Translations under genes and position numbers: made by a program | The notes under the pieces: model-generated | Databases searched by the model: none | What the model saw: the letters and a program-made list of their open reading frames with translations, nothing else | Told to the model about the DNA's origin: nothing | Shown here: positions 29,036-38,016 of the stretch, piece after piece | Layout: each line of letters opens with the position of its first letter | Numbering within the stretch: position 1 is the first letter of the stretch | Source of the DNA: Oligoflexia bacterium | Lineage (GTDB): Bacteria; Bdellovibrionota; Bdellovibrionia; JABDDW01 | Direction of reading: 5' to 3' | DNA: 49,282 nt | Assembly: GCA_043732305.1 (NCBI GenBank) | Contig: JAYTHU010000239.1 | Location: forward strand, 1-49,282

Positions 29036-29343
29036 AGAATAGATTCAAGAAAGCTAGGCTAAAGTATACCTTGTACTTTAGCGACAACAATAGGCCAACC
29101 ATAGATCAGCCAGGAGTTGTTTTGTTGTCATATAGATATTAAGAAACAGAATGGCTTTTAAATTTATGGGTGGCTCGGGGATTGATCACAGAATCTGATA
29201 AAGAAGCCGTCTCAAGTGACGCCGATTTATAAAAGTTTGAAGCAACTCGGATTTAAATAATTCGTTATCCGCGCAGATGGACCTCTCGTGCATGGCACAC
29301 AGTACTATAAACTCAACGCTTACAGAAAATGAGGGTCCCTAAC

Positions 29344-30228
29344 TTACTTTAATCCCGTATTTTGGCTTCCCAGTAGATCACTGATAAATTGTTTTCCCTT
29401 TGGTACCAAAATCAATTCACCGGCATTGTCTAAAATCTTTTGCGTTTCTAAAATTTCAAAAAGTGCCTCTGTGACGTCTCCATCTTGAGCCACTTCGCTC
29501 AGTGCTTGTCCTACAATTTTGGGTCGCACGGCTCCAGCTTTTGCAAACTCAATAGAAGCAGTTCTTTGGGCCGTGTTGGTGATGACATGCACCTGGTTGT
29601 CACCATCTTGTTTGATGGAGGCCGTCACCTGTCGAAGCCTGTTTACAACTTTGCTTTCAATTTCGTGTGTCATGTTTTCATCTCTGAAATGAACTTTGCG
29701 AATATAAACTGAACCTAGTTTATACCCCCAATCCTGAGATTTTTGCGTGACTTCGGTTCGGAGCACTTGGCTCAAGCCATGGCGATCTTCCAGCATTTTT
29801 GAAAGTGGAAGATTACTCAAGCAACGTACGGTTGCATTACTCACATTGGCTGCTAGTGATCCGCGAGGATCGGAGTTTTTAAACAAATATGAAATGGGAT
29901 TGTAGATGTATGTTTCATACCAAACGCCAACGCCCATGGGTGCGCCTTCTTCGGAATTCACCGCTTGGCTGCGCAAATAAGTTTGGTCCATTCGCAAATC
30001 CAAAATATAAACTTTTCCAAGAAGATTTATGACGAAGGCTTTCCAAGAAAGTCTTGGCCAAAGAAAGTAAAGTCCGGGTTCGGTGATGGTGTCCACCACT
30101 TCGCCGAAGAGCACATAGACTTGACAGGTGGATTCTTGGACCGTGGTAAAAAATAAGAAGAAATTTAAAAGTTTGAGAACTATTAATTCAAAGAGCAATG
30201 CGGAGACGATTCCAACTATAACCATCAT
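29344..30228 (-). CDS. SPFH (band 7/prohibitin) domain membrane protein
   Basis: N-terminal TM; VLFGEV...EPGLYFLWP; WGYKLGSVYIRKV. Confidence 0.8.
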   Translation of the reverse strand: MMVIVGIVSALLFELIVLKLLNFFLFFTTVQESTCQVYVLFGEVVDTITEPGLYFLWPRLSWKAFVINLLGKVYILDLRMDQTYLRSQAVNSEEGAPMGVGVWYETYIYNPISYLFKNSDPRGSLAANVSNATVRCLSNLPLSKMLEDRHGLSQVLRTEVTQKSQDWGYKLGSVYIRKVHFRDENMTHEIESKVVNRLRQVTASIKQDGDNQVHVITNTAQRTASIEFAKAGAVRPKIVGQALSEVAQDGDVTEALFEILETQKILDNAGELILVPKGKQFISDLLGSQNTGLK

Positions 30229-31211
30229 TTTGCACCTCCAATTTCAATAATGATGCGTTTTGCTTTTTGAAATGTATTCATTTTCACATTGCGCACAAAA
30301 TTATCTAGGACTCCTGGACCAGCTTTTTTCAACTCTCTCAATTGTCTTGCGAGAGCCATCAAAGGTTCTACTTCGGCTTGCACTTTCAGAGTTTCAATTT
30401 CGACAGCGCGTCTAGAAAGTACAATTGTTTGATCGGCAGATGCTTTGGCCAAACTGATTTCTGAAGACACATTATTGTAAGCGGTATTGATTGCTGCGAG
30501 TGCGGATTCAACTTCTTGCGGCGGCTCGATGCCCGTGATTAAGGATGCTTCCAAAACAATTCCATATCTTGCTGATGAAGAAGCTGATTCGACCAACATG
30601 TTGTCATTGATTTCGCGGAGATTTTTTCTTAAATCGTTGATAGAGATTGTGTCAGAAATATGAGTGTCACTGACAGCGGTAGAAGCGTCGATTGGAGCGC
30701 CTTTGCTTTCATAATTGGCAATTTTTTCTCTCAAGATAGAAACAAAATATCCAATGACGTGTACGATCGGCGTTTTAATTCCAAAGAAATAGGCGTAGAG
30801 ATTCTGCTCGCAAACTTTAAATCTAATTTGGCCGGTTAGCCCAATGTTAAGTTGATCTCTGGTGACCGCTTCAAGAATAGTTCCCTGGGTGTTTGCGCTA
30901 GGAGTTTCGGGATCAGTGGCCATATTGATAGTTTCAGTGGCTATAGAAGTTTTATAGATCCGTTCCCAAGGCATTTTAAAATGAAGTCCGGGACCAATCA
31001 CAATGACGACCGGAAAGTTGTAGCGCTCTTTTTCTTCGTCGTTAAGAGTCTGGCCAATAGGTTCGTTGATAGTGCGATGATCTTTGAAACGTTCTGCTCT
31101 TCCATAGATGGTTTTTACAGCCCGTTCGTTTTGATCAACGGTGTAAAATCCAAAGAGAATGCATCTTACAATAAAATAGATCGCGACGCCCAAGACAATT
31201 TCAATAGTCAT
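30225..31211 (-). CDS. SPFH domain membrane protein
   Basis: Start reassigned to ATG 31211 (AGAGG upstream); GFYTVDQNERAV, GPGLHFKMPW, AVTRDQL, YGIVLEASLITGIEPP. Confidence 0.82.
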   Translation of the reverse strand: MTIEIVLGVAIYFIVRCILFGFYTVDQNERAVKTIYGRAERFKDHRTINEPIGQTLNDEEKERYNFPVVIVIGPGLHFKMPWERIYKTSIATETINMATDPETPSANTQGTILEAVTRDQLNIGLTGQIRFKVCEQNLYAYFFGIKTPIVHVIGYFVSILREKIANYESKGAPIDASTAVSDTHISDTISINDLRKNLREINDNMLVESASSSARYGIVLEASLITGIEPPQEVESALAAINTAYNNVSSEISLAKASADQTIVLSRRAVEIETLKVQAEVEPLMALARQLRELKKAGPGVLDNFVRNVKMNTFQKAKRIIIEIGGAK

Positions 31212-31393
31212 TTTAATTAACCTCTGTGCCGGCATTACACGAGTTTCAACAGATTTTGTCCATGGTAATGTCCGAAGTTCGAATGTTTCCGGATGTATTT
31301 TCTTTTTATAAACACCGTAGCTAATTTGAGCTGGACGGGATGTTTGCAAAAGCCTTTTCGGTCGTGTTAGATTTTTTCGTCTTGAGGTGACTA

Positions 31394-31861
31394 ATGACTG
31401 TGAAAGCTAAAACATTAACCAAGAAAATCGTGACATCAAATAAAGATGCCCCCGTGACTCGGGTCATGTTCTCAAGCCTAGCTTCGGAGATAAGAGCTAA
31501 ATCAAGCAGTCATGATCATCGGTTCAATTCTATTGATAGCCGATTCGATTCCATGGATAAGCGTTTTGATTCTATTGATAGCCGATTCGACTCCATGGAT
31601 AAACGTTTTGATTCCATGGATTTGAAAATCGATAGTTATAAAGATGAGTTCAAGTCTATTCATATTAAAATTGACGGTTATAAAGTTGAAATTAAAAGTA
31701 TGTATTTTAAGACTCAGGTTGAAGTCGATCAGCAAACTGCCAACAATCACGCAATGTATGACGCAATTGGTGCCATGGTTGAGACACTCAATCGTGCGAA
31801 TGAACGTCACGATGAATTTCGCACAATAGTGTTCAATGCAAAGCTGCCCCGGGAAGTCTAA
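31394..31861 (+). CDS. Coiled-coil protein with heptad repeats
   Basis: GAGGTG SD; repeats SIDSRFD/SMDKRFD. Confidence 0.8.
   Translation: MTVKAKTLTKKIVTSNKDAPVTRVMFSSLASEIRAKSSSHDHRFNSIDSRFDSMDKRFDSIDSRFDSMDKRFDSMDLKIDSYKDEFKSIHIKIDGYKVEIKSMYFKTQVEVDQQTANNHAMYDAIGAMVETLNRANERHDEFRTIVFNAKLPREV
31527..31621 (+). repeat. 42-bp tandem repeat (2.3 copies; 21-bp sub-period), in frame
   Basis: ATTCTATTGATAGCCGATTCGA(T/C)TCCATGGATAA(G/A)CGTTTTG twice, then ATTCCATGGAT. Confidence 0.9.
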
Positions 31862-31876
31862 TTTTCGAATTCGAGT

Positions 31877-32965
31877 TTAGCGACTGCTCACAAAGTTTTT
31901 GCGGATGAAAAATGAGACCAGCTGCAGCGATCCTTTGGGAATGCGAATCAGATGACTGTCCACGTTGTCGGGAATGTAACCGTGAGTGAGTTCCGGGTTG
32001 AGTTCTTCCATGTATTTATGAGTGACACCAACGGCATCTGCGATGTCCGCAAGCTTAGTTCCGCCAGGAACACGGAAATGTTCAAACAATAGCGGTTCAG
32101 TGTAGTTGATATTTCTGAAACCGTACATCTCTGGACTTTTAGCGATCAAGAGAGCGGCGATAAATTTAGGAACATAGTCCTTTGTTTCATCCTGCAGATC
32201 TTTTTGAGCAATCTTCCAAAAATTATGAGTCTGATGTTTGTGGATCATTCGAGCAATGCGCGCTTCACCGGTATTGTAGCCAGCGGCCACTAGATACCAG
32301 TTGTCAAACATCCCATACATTTTCTTTAAATATTTAGCCGCAGCAATGGTGCTCTTTTGAAAATCACGTCGTTCATCCAACCACCAAGATATTTTTAATC
32401 CATAGCGGGTTCCGGTTTCACGAATAAATTGCCAAGGTCCAACGGCATTCGCACTTGAAGACGCTTTTGCGGAAAACCCGCTCTCAATCATAGAGAGGTA
32501 AGCTAAATCTTGCGGAAGTCCTTCGTTCTTTAATGTGCGCTTCAGCAAAGGCAGATAGCGGGAAGAACGCTCAAGCCATGTGGTGTAGGAGCTGCGACCA
32601 TTCGTTTGATAAAAGTGAATCCAGTATTGAACTTGAGTGTTGTAAGAAACCGGGATATCAAAAATCAATGGAACGGAAGAGTCTTGGTCTTCTTCATTGT
32701 CTTTGTAGTCATTCGGTTTGGGAATTTTAATTTTGGCGATGGCAATGGGAGCGCTAGCTACCACCGCTTGAATTTGATCCGATGGCAAAACTATCGCTGC
32801 AGAGTTCTGAGGGACCATTGGCCAGCTAATACTCATGTCCGTAACTTTGGTTGCAATGCCCAAGGTGCCGCCAGAAGTAGGTGTGACAGAAGAGCACCCA
32901 AGAGAAAGTAAAAGTGAAAACAAAATAGAAAATAGAAAGCCGAAATATAAATTCCATTTTTTCAT
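31877..32965 (-). CDS. MltD-like lytic transglycosylase lipoprotein (SLT domain + LysM-like domain)
   Basis: Lipobox SLGC; IESGF (catalytic Glu), AVGPWQFI, DERRD, AGYNTGE, ETKDYVPK, LNPEL. Confidence 0.9.
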   Translation of the reverse strand: MKKWNLYFGFLFSILFSLLLSLGCSSVTPTSGGTLGIATKVTDMSISWPMVPQNSAAIVLPSDQIQAVVASAPIAIAKIKIPKPNDYKDNEEDQDSSVPLIFDIPVSYNTQVQYWIHFYQTNGRSSYTTWLERSSRYLPLLKRTLKNEGLPQDLAYLSMIESGFSAKASSSANAVGPWQFIRETGTRYGLKISWWLDERRDFQKSTIAAAKYLKKMYGMFDNWYLVAAGYNTGEARIARMIHKHQTHNFWKIAQKDLQDETKDYVPKFIAALLIAKSPEMYGFRNINYTEPLLFEHFRVPGGTKLADIADAVGVTHKYMEELNPELTHGYIPDNVDSHLIRIPKGSLQLVSFFIRKNFVSSR

Positions 32966-33008
32966 CAGAGAATCCGTTCTCTTTTTAAAGGCTAATCATT
33001 AGCCTTAT

Positions 33009-33036
33009 AGATCGGCCAACATCATCAGGTTACTAT
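33009..33036 (-). promoter_or_regulatory. Candidate sigma28 promoter for the lytic transglycosylase
   Basis: Minus strand -10 GCCGATCT with a weak -35. Confidence 0.3.
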
Positions 33037-33205
33037 GAACAATCTTTGTTCCCTAGACCGGTTTCTCTCTCTCCATCTTTTTGACACGAGCGTCAAAGAA
33101 ACCACCTCGCAAAAAGTCTAGTCGATAAAAATAAAAATTATTTCTACGACGAGGATTCAAACACTTAACTAATCTTGCGAACTAAATTTCAGACTTACGT
33201 CTTGG

Positions 33206-33221
33206 TGGCACGAACCCTGCT
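33206..33221 (+). promoter_or_regulatory. sigma54 promoter of the flgF operon
   Basis: TGGCAC-GAACC-CTGCT; upstream inverted repeat TTTGAC-N6-GTCAAA (33080..33097) is a candidate activator site. Confidence 0.7.
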
Positions 33222-33248
33222 CATAATTTTTATTGGAAGGGGTGTTAA

Positions 33249-34052
33249 ATGAGCAAAGGAATATATTCCGCACTATCAGGAGCAATGGCACAGAGTCACC
33301 AACTCGACACCATCGCGCAAAATATTGCGAACGCAAATACACCAGGATTTAAATCGGATAAAAATACTTTCAAAGAAGAGCTCGCTCTCTTAGAGAGATC
33401 GCCGGATGTGAATACCGTTCCTAGAACAACGGCCAGTGTGGCCAGCTTCTATGATATGCAAGGCACGGCAAAAAGTTTCGTCGATGTTGACGGAACGTTC
33501 ACTGATTATTCGCAAGGTGGTTTGAAAGCCACGGGCAATCATTTAGATGTGGCGCTCGAAGGCAAAGGATTTTTAGAAGTCCTCACTCCCCAAGGTTCAA
33601 GACTGACTCGCAAGGGAACGATGGGGCTTTCCGCAGATGGGACTTTAATCACAACCGATGGCTACCCTGTTTTGAAAAAAGGCGAAGGTCCTGCTGAAGG
33701 AAGACAAATTAAACTCAACGGTAGAGAAGCTGTCACTTTCACGAATCAAGGTGAGATCTATCAAGATTCACAAAATCTTGGGCAGTTAAGTTTAGTCGAA
33801 TATGAAAACAACAATCATCTCTCAAAAATTGGTCACGCTCTTTATGCCGTGATGGATTCGGGTGTTCCCCAATCGCCAGCTCCACAAACCACCGTTCAAC
33901 AAGGTTTTTTAGAAACTTCAAACGTGAACGTGGTGAAGGAAATGACGGACATGATTCAGACGACACGCAATTTTGAAAGTGCTCAGCGCGTGATTAAAGC
34001 TTACGACGAAATGGATTCTAAACTAGTCAATGATGTGCCGAAAATCGGTTGA
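33249..34052 (+). CDS. flgF: Flagellar basal-body rod protein FlgF
   Basis: NIANANTPGFK, TGNHLDVALEGKGF, GFLETSNVNVVKEM; precedes flgG. Confidence 0.9.
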   Translation: MSKGIYSALSGAMAQSHQLDTIAQNIANANTPGFKSDKNTFKEELALLERSPDVNTVPRTTASVASFYDMQGTAKSFVDVDGTFTDYSQGGLKATGNHLDVALEGKGFLEVLTPQGSRLTRKGTMGLSADGTLITTDGYPVLKKGEGPAEGRQIKLNGREAVTFTNQGEIYQDSQNLGQLSLVEYENNNHLSKIGHALYAVMDSGVPQSPAPQTTVQQGFLETSNVNVVKEMTDMIQTTRNFESAQRVIKAYDEMDSKLVNDVPKIG

Positions 34053-34066
34053 TAAGGAGAATTTAA

Positions 34067-34849
34067 ATGCTTAAAGCACTTAACACGGCTGCATCCGGCA
34101 TGCAGGCTCAGCAAACATCCTTGGACACCATCGCGAATAATATGGCGAACGTCAGTACTACTGGGTTCAAAAAGTCGCGAGCGGAATTTGAAGATCTCTT
34201 GTATCAAACGATCAAGGAGCCTGGCGCTCAGGAAAATAAAAACATTTCTCATCCCACTGGAGTGCAAGTGGGATTGGGTGTTAAGACTGCTGCTTCTCAG
34301 AAAATATTTGAAGATGGGCACGTTCAAATCACAAAAAATACATTGGACGTAGCTATTGAAGGCAAAGGTTTTTTTCCAATTCAAACTCCTAATGGTGAAG
34401 TTGGTTACACTCGTGACGGAACTTTTCACCGGGACGCGAGTGGAAAAATTTGCGATAAAAATGGCAATCCCATGATTCCGGAAATTGTTATTCCTGGAAA
34501 TTCTACCGCGGTTGGAATCAATAACTTCGGGAAAGTGACAGTTGAAATGGGTGATGGCACCCGACAAGACATCGGGCAGATTCAGTTGGTGGATTTTATC
34601 AATCCTGCCGGTCTTAAATCATTGGGCAAAAATTTATTTGCTCCTACATCTGCGAGTGGTGCGCCAATTCAAGGAAATCCCGGCGACAATAGCTTGGGCA
34701 CTTTGGCTCAAGGCGAATTGGAAGGCAGCAACGTCAATATAGTAGATGAGATGGTGGATATGATTCGGACCCAGCGAAATTACGAAAGTAATTCCAAAGT
34801 GGTTCAAGCAGCAGATCAGATGCTCCAATTTTCTAATAACTTGAGGTAA
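34067..34849 (+). CDS. flgG: Flagellar distal rod protein FlgG
   Basis: ANNMANVSTTGFKKSRAEFEDLLYQ, QVGLGV, YTRDG, LEGSNVNIVDEM, QRNYE. Confidence 0.97.
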   Translation: MLKALNTAASGMQAQQTSLDTIANNMANVSTTGFKKSRAEFEDLLYQTIKEPGAQENKNISHPTGVQVGLGVKTAASQKIFEDGHVQITKNTLDVAIEGKGFFPIQTPNGEVGYTRDGTFHRDASGKICDKNGNPMIPEIVIPGNSTAVGINNFGKVTVEMGDGTRQDIGQIQLVDFINPAGLKSLGKNLFAPTSASGAPIQGNPGDNSLGTLAQGELEGSNVNIVDEMVDMIRTQRNYESNSKVVQAADQMLQFSNNLR

Positions 34850-35814
34850 TGGTGAGAAAAATCAGTGATGTGAACATTTTTAATAATCGCATGGTCTTTA
34901 TGATCATTGCATTCACGTGCCTCAACGCCAGGGCTTTTGATTCTGCGACAGTAAAAAAAATAGCTACTGTTAACACTTCAGAAATTCGCCTTAGAGATGT
35001 TGTTGATTTTGCATCACCTGAAAGTACTTCTGTAATCGGCGATCTGGTTTTAGATCAATCTCCAAATGCTGGCCAATCGATTAAATGGACAACCGCCGAT
35101 TTTGTTAACAAACTAAAACCCTATCAAAACGATTTAAGAACGATTCATTTCATTTTGCCAAAAGAAATAGAAATTCAAAGAGCAGATAACCGATTGAGCG
35201 AAAGCACTTTAAAAGTCGCTATGCTCATCGAGCTAAAAGCTGTTGCTCCACAAGGATGGCGCACGGAACTCAAAGACCTTCAGCCTCTGCATCTTCCAGA
35301 GCTATCTGAAACTGCAAAATGGAAAGTTGTCCCCTTACAGAGAAGACCTAAGGGACCATTTCAGTTTGAAGTCATTATTGAAGATCAAGCGCAATTTCTC
35401 CAGAATCTTTGGGTGAATGGTCATATGGAATATCAAGCACAAGTGGCGACACTGAAAAATCCTGTGAAGATGCTGACAAAAATAAAATCAACGGATGTTT
35501 CATGGGAAGAGCGCAATGTGACTTATCTTTCTGAGCTTCCGGCTACGGCGGCTGATCTTTTGACTTCGGTGGCTAGAACTGGAATGTACAGTGGATCCCA
35601 AGTCACTATGGGATCACTCGATAAAGAATTGGCATTGAAGTTCGGCGATGAAGTGGAAGTCAAAACAGGTAACGAAGATTTCTTTGTCACCACCCGCGGC
35701 GTTGCGCAACAAAATGGATATCTCGGCGATGATGTCAAAATCAGAACCGTGGGAAGTCAAAAGACTCTCACTGGAAAACTCGTGGCCAAAGGCCTCGTTC
35801 AATTGATCGATTAG
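34849..35814 (+). CDS. flgA: P-ring assembly chaperone FlgA
   Basis: Position; C-terminal GDEVEV...TRGVAQQNGYLGDDVKIR. Confidence 0.85.
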   Translation: MVRKISDVNIFNNRMVFMIIAFTCLNARAFDSATVKKIATVNTSEIRLRDVVDFASPESTSVIGDLVLDQSPNAGQSIKWTTADFVNKLKPYQNDLRTIHFILPKEIEIQRADNRLSESTLKVAMLIELKAVAPQGWRTELKDLQPLHLPELSETAKWKVVPLQRRPKGPFQFEVIIEDQAQFLQNLWVNGHMEYQAQVATLKNPVKMLTKIKSTDVSWEERNVTYLSELPATAADLLTSVARTGMYSGSQVTMGSLDKELALKFGDEVEVKTGNEDFFVTTRGVAQQNGYLGDDVKIRTVGSQKTLTGKLVAKGLVQLID

Positions 35815-35822
35815 AGGAAAAT

Positions 35823-36626
35823 GTGAAAAATATGTTTAAAATATTTTATGTACTTACGATGCTGATTTCACTCAGCGCTTGCTCGACGATTGCTTCCAAA
35901 TGGAAAAGCTTAGTCACAGGTGAGGATGAAAAGATTGCGCCCATGTCTGCTGAAGGTAAACCCGCAGTCCCTCCAAGTTTTAACAACGAGCCAAATTTTG
36001 GCGCAGCGAAAGACAGACAATACAAACGCGTGACCAAACAGAACTTTTCCGAAGCCCAGGGCATGGAAGAAAATGCTGGATCACTTTGGAAAAAAGAAGG
36101 TCAGGGATCTTTTTTGTTTGCACAAAACAATCTGCGTATTCTCGGAGATATCATAAACGTCGATGTTGACGGTAAGGTAGCCGAAAACCTAAATATCAAA
36201 GTCGATCTCATCAAAAAAGCTCAAGTAAAAATGGATTTTGCCATGTCTCAAAGACCGTCCGCACCCCAAGTTGCGAATCGCACTCCAAGACCGGGTGAAA
36301 AGCCCGAGCGTGTTCCAGCGGCACAGGTAATTTCGGCACCCGTTGCTGATCAAAATGCGTCCGGAAAAGAAGCTCTCGGACCCGATGGAAAACCTGTTGG
36401 TAAAGAAGGATTTAAATTCGACGCCGTTCCATGTCGAATTGTGGATAAAAACGTGGATGGTTCTTATCGAGTCAAGGGTCAGCAAACTGTTTTCATCGGC
36501 AAAAAAGAATACAAGCTCATTGTGACAGGAAATATCAGAGCCGATGATATCAGTATGGATATGGTTGCTTCATCCAAAGTGATTGATAGCAAATTTGATT
36601 TAGTTCCTACAAATAAGGAAATGTGA
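35823..36626 (+). CDS. flgH: Flagellar L-ring protein FlgH (divergent)
   Basis: Lipobox LSAC; GSLW, GDIINV, GSYRVKG, VTGNIRADDI, VASSKV; between flgA and flgI. Confidence 0.85.
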   Translation: MKNMFKIFYVLTMLISLSACSTIASKWKSLVTGEDEKIAPMSAEGKPAVPPSFNNEPNFGAAKDRQYKRVTKQNFSEAQGMEENAGSLWKKEGQGSFLFAQNNLRILGDIINVDVDGKVAENLNIKVDLIKKAQVKMDFAMSQRPSAPQVANRTPRPGEKPERVPAAQVISAPVADQNASGKEALGPDGKPVGKEGFKFDAVPCRIVDKNVDGSYRVKGQQTVFIGKKEYKLIVTGNIRADDISMDMVASSKVIDSKFDLVPTNKEM

Positions 36627-36627
36627 A

Positions 36628-37737
36628 ATGAATCTTAAAACGCAATTTATTATTATGGGTTTTTTGATAGCAGCAATGACGGTTGTGGCTTTGACCGCCG
36701 ATGCCGCTCGAATCAAAGATATTGCAAATGTGCGTGGGGTTCGTGAAAACCAATTGATTGGTTACGGTTTAATAGTCGGTCTCAACGGAACGGGCGATGG
36801 CAAATCAGAATTCACTTCAAAAAGTTTTGCACGCATGCTGGATACTTTGGGATTAAAATTAGAAAATCGTGACATCGAAAGTAAAAACGTGGCGGCTGTC
36901 ATTGTGACCGCCACATTGCCTCCGTTTGCTAAGTCCGGAAACAAAATAGATGTGACCGTAAACAGCATTGGGTCTGCCACGAGTTTGCAAGGTGGAACAC
37001 TTTTGCAAACACCTCTAAAGGCAGCGGATCAGCAAGTCTACGCCGTAGCCCAGGGATCAGTGGCAATTGGGGGATCGGGCAGTGCGGCAGGTGGCGGTGG
37101 AGCAGACAAAACTCCTCTCACTGTAGCAAGAATTCCGGATGCGGCCATCGTCGAGACCGATGTCAATGCTGACTTTACAAATCGAAGAATGCTTAGACTC
37201 ACTCTCACCAGTGCTGATTTTACTACGGCCGCTCGGATGGTTAAGGTGATCAATGAAGATCTTGGTGGAAAATATGCGACAGCAAAAGACTCTGGTACAA
37301 TCGATATTGTTTCGCCTTTCAGTTACGAAGGAAACACGGTTGAGCTACTTGCAAACATAGAAAATTTAGACGTCACGAGCGATGGCAAAGCCAAAGTCAT
37401 TGTAAATGAGAAAACAGGAACTGTTGTCATTGGCGAACACGTGCAAATTTCTACAGTGGCGTTGACTCACGGGTCACTGTCGATTCAAATCAAGGGTGAT
37501 AACAATTCGGCGGATGTAGCTGTCCGAGGTCCAGCTTCTATCAATTCTGGTGGAGCCTCTGGCAATGCTGGTGGAAAATCTGGCGGCGGTAATATTGCTC
37601 TCTTAAAAAAATCTGCGAACGTTGGTGAGTTAGTCAAAGCGCTCAATTCTTTAGGTGTCACGCCTAAAGACCTGGTGAGTATTCTCCAAGCGCTAAAAGC
37701 TGCGGGAGCATTGCAAGCCGAGCTACAAATATTATGA
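36628..37737 (+). CDS. flgI: Flagellar P-ring protein FlgI
   Basis: RIKDIA..GVRENQLIGYGLIVGLNGTGD, KNVAAVIVTATLPPF, VNEKTGTVVIG, ILQALKAAGALQAEL. Confidence 0.98.
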   Translation: MNLKTQFIIMGFLIAAMTVVALTADAARIKDIANVRGVRENQLIGYGLIVGLNGTGDGKSEFTSKSFARMLDTLGLKLENRDIESKNVAAVIVTATLPPFAKSGNKIDVTVNSIGSATSLQGGTLLQTPLKAADQQVYAVAQGSVAIGGSGSAAGGGGADKTPLTVARIPDAAIVETDVNADFTNRRMLRLTLTSADFTTAARMVKVINEDLGGKYATAKDSGTIDIVSPFSYEGNTVELLANIENLDVTSDGKAKVIVNEKTGTVVIGEHVQISTVALTHGSLSIQIKGDNNSADVAVRGPASINSGGASGNAGGKSGGGNIALLKKSANVGELVKALNSLGVTPKDLVSILQALKAAGALQAELQIL

Positions 37738-37788
37738 AAAAATGTAATCTTAAAAGTAAAAAAATGAATTACAATATAAGTATCAGAT

Positions 37789-37994
37789 CTCAACACAAGG
37801 AAGTGTTGGGTGTGCAGTCGGGGGTTCGGTGGGCCAAAGGGTTAGTAGTAACAGCCATGGATCGGCTCATTGATAATGTTTCTCGCAGGAAACAAGTGCA
37901 GGATGTCGGCGCAGGCCAAGGATTGGTATATGCCCATTTTGCTAGAGAGCACAGGAAGTGCTCGTAACGATGGTCTACCTTCCCCCATTTTTTT
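37789..37994 (+). ncRNA. Candidate CsrB/Rsm-like CsrA-binding structured RNA
   Basis: Six GGA motifs, at least four in hairpin loops; long-range stem 37820..37836 with 37971..37986, then a T7 tract; AT-rich upstream region with TACAAT (37770..37775). Confidence 0.62.
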
Positions 37995-38016
37995 CTAATG
38001 TCGAAAGTCCACTCTT

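Noticed and set aside
31212..31349. N-terminal extension of the larger SPFH ORF
   Set aside because: SD and TM position support ATG 31211
31527..31621. Tandem repeat considered as a CRISPR array
   Set aside because: No unique spacers, in-frame within a coding coiled coil, no cas genes
37743..37773. TGTAAT...ATTACA as a GacA/UvrY box
   Set aside because: Spacer is 19 nt rather than the 6 nt of TGTAAG-N6-CTTACA; kept only as a generic inverted repeat
37923..37943. TTGGTATATGCCCATTTTGCT as a sigma54 promoter for flgJ
   Set aside because: GG-to-GC spacing is 14 nt, not the required 10
37734..37967. 77-aa ORF overlapping the flgI stop (ATGA)
   Set aside because: No recognisable protein features; the sequence is better explained by an AT-rich promoter-like stretch plus RNA hairpins. 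A translated leader cannot be fully excluded
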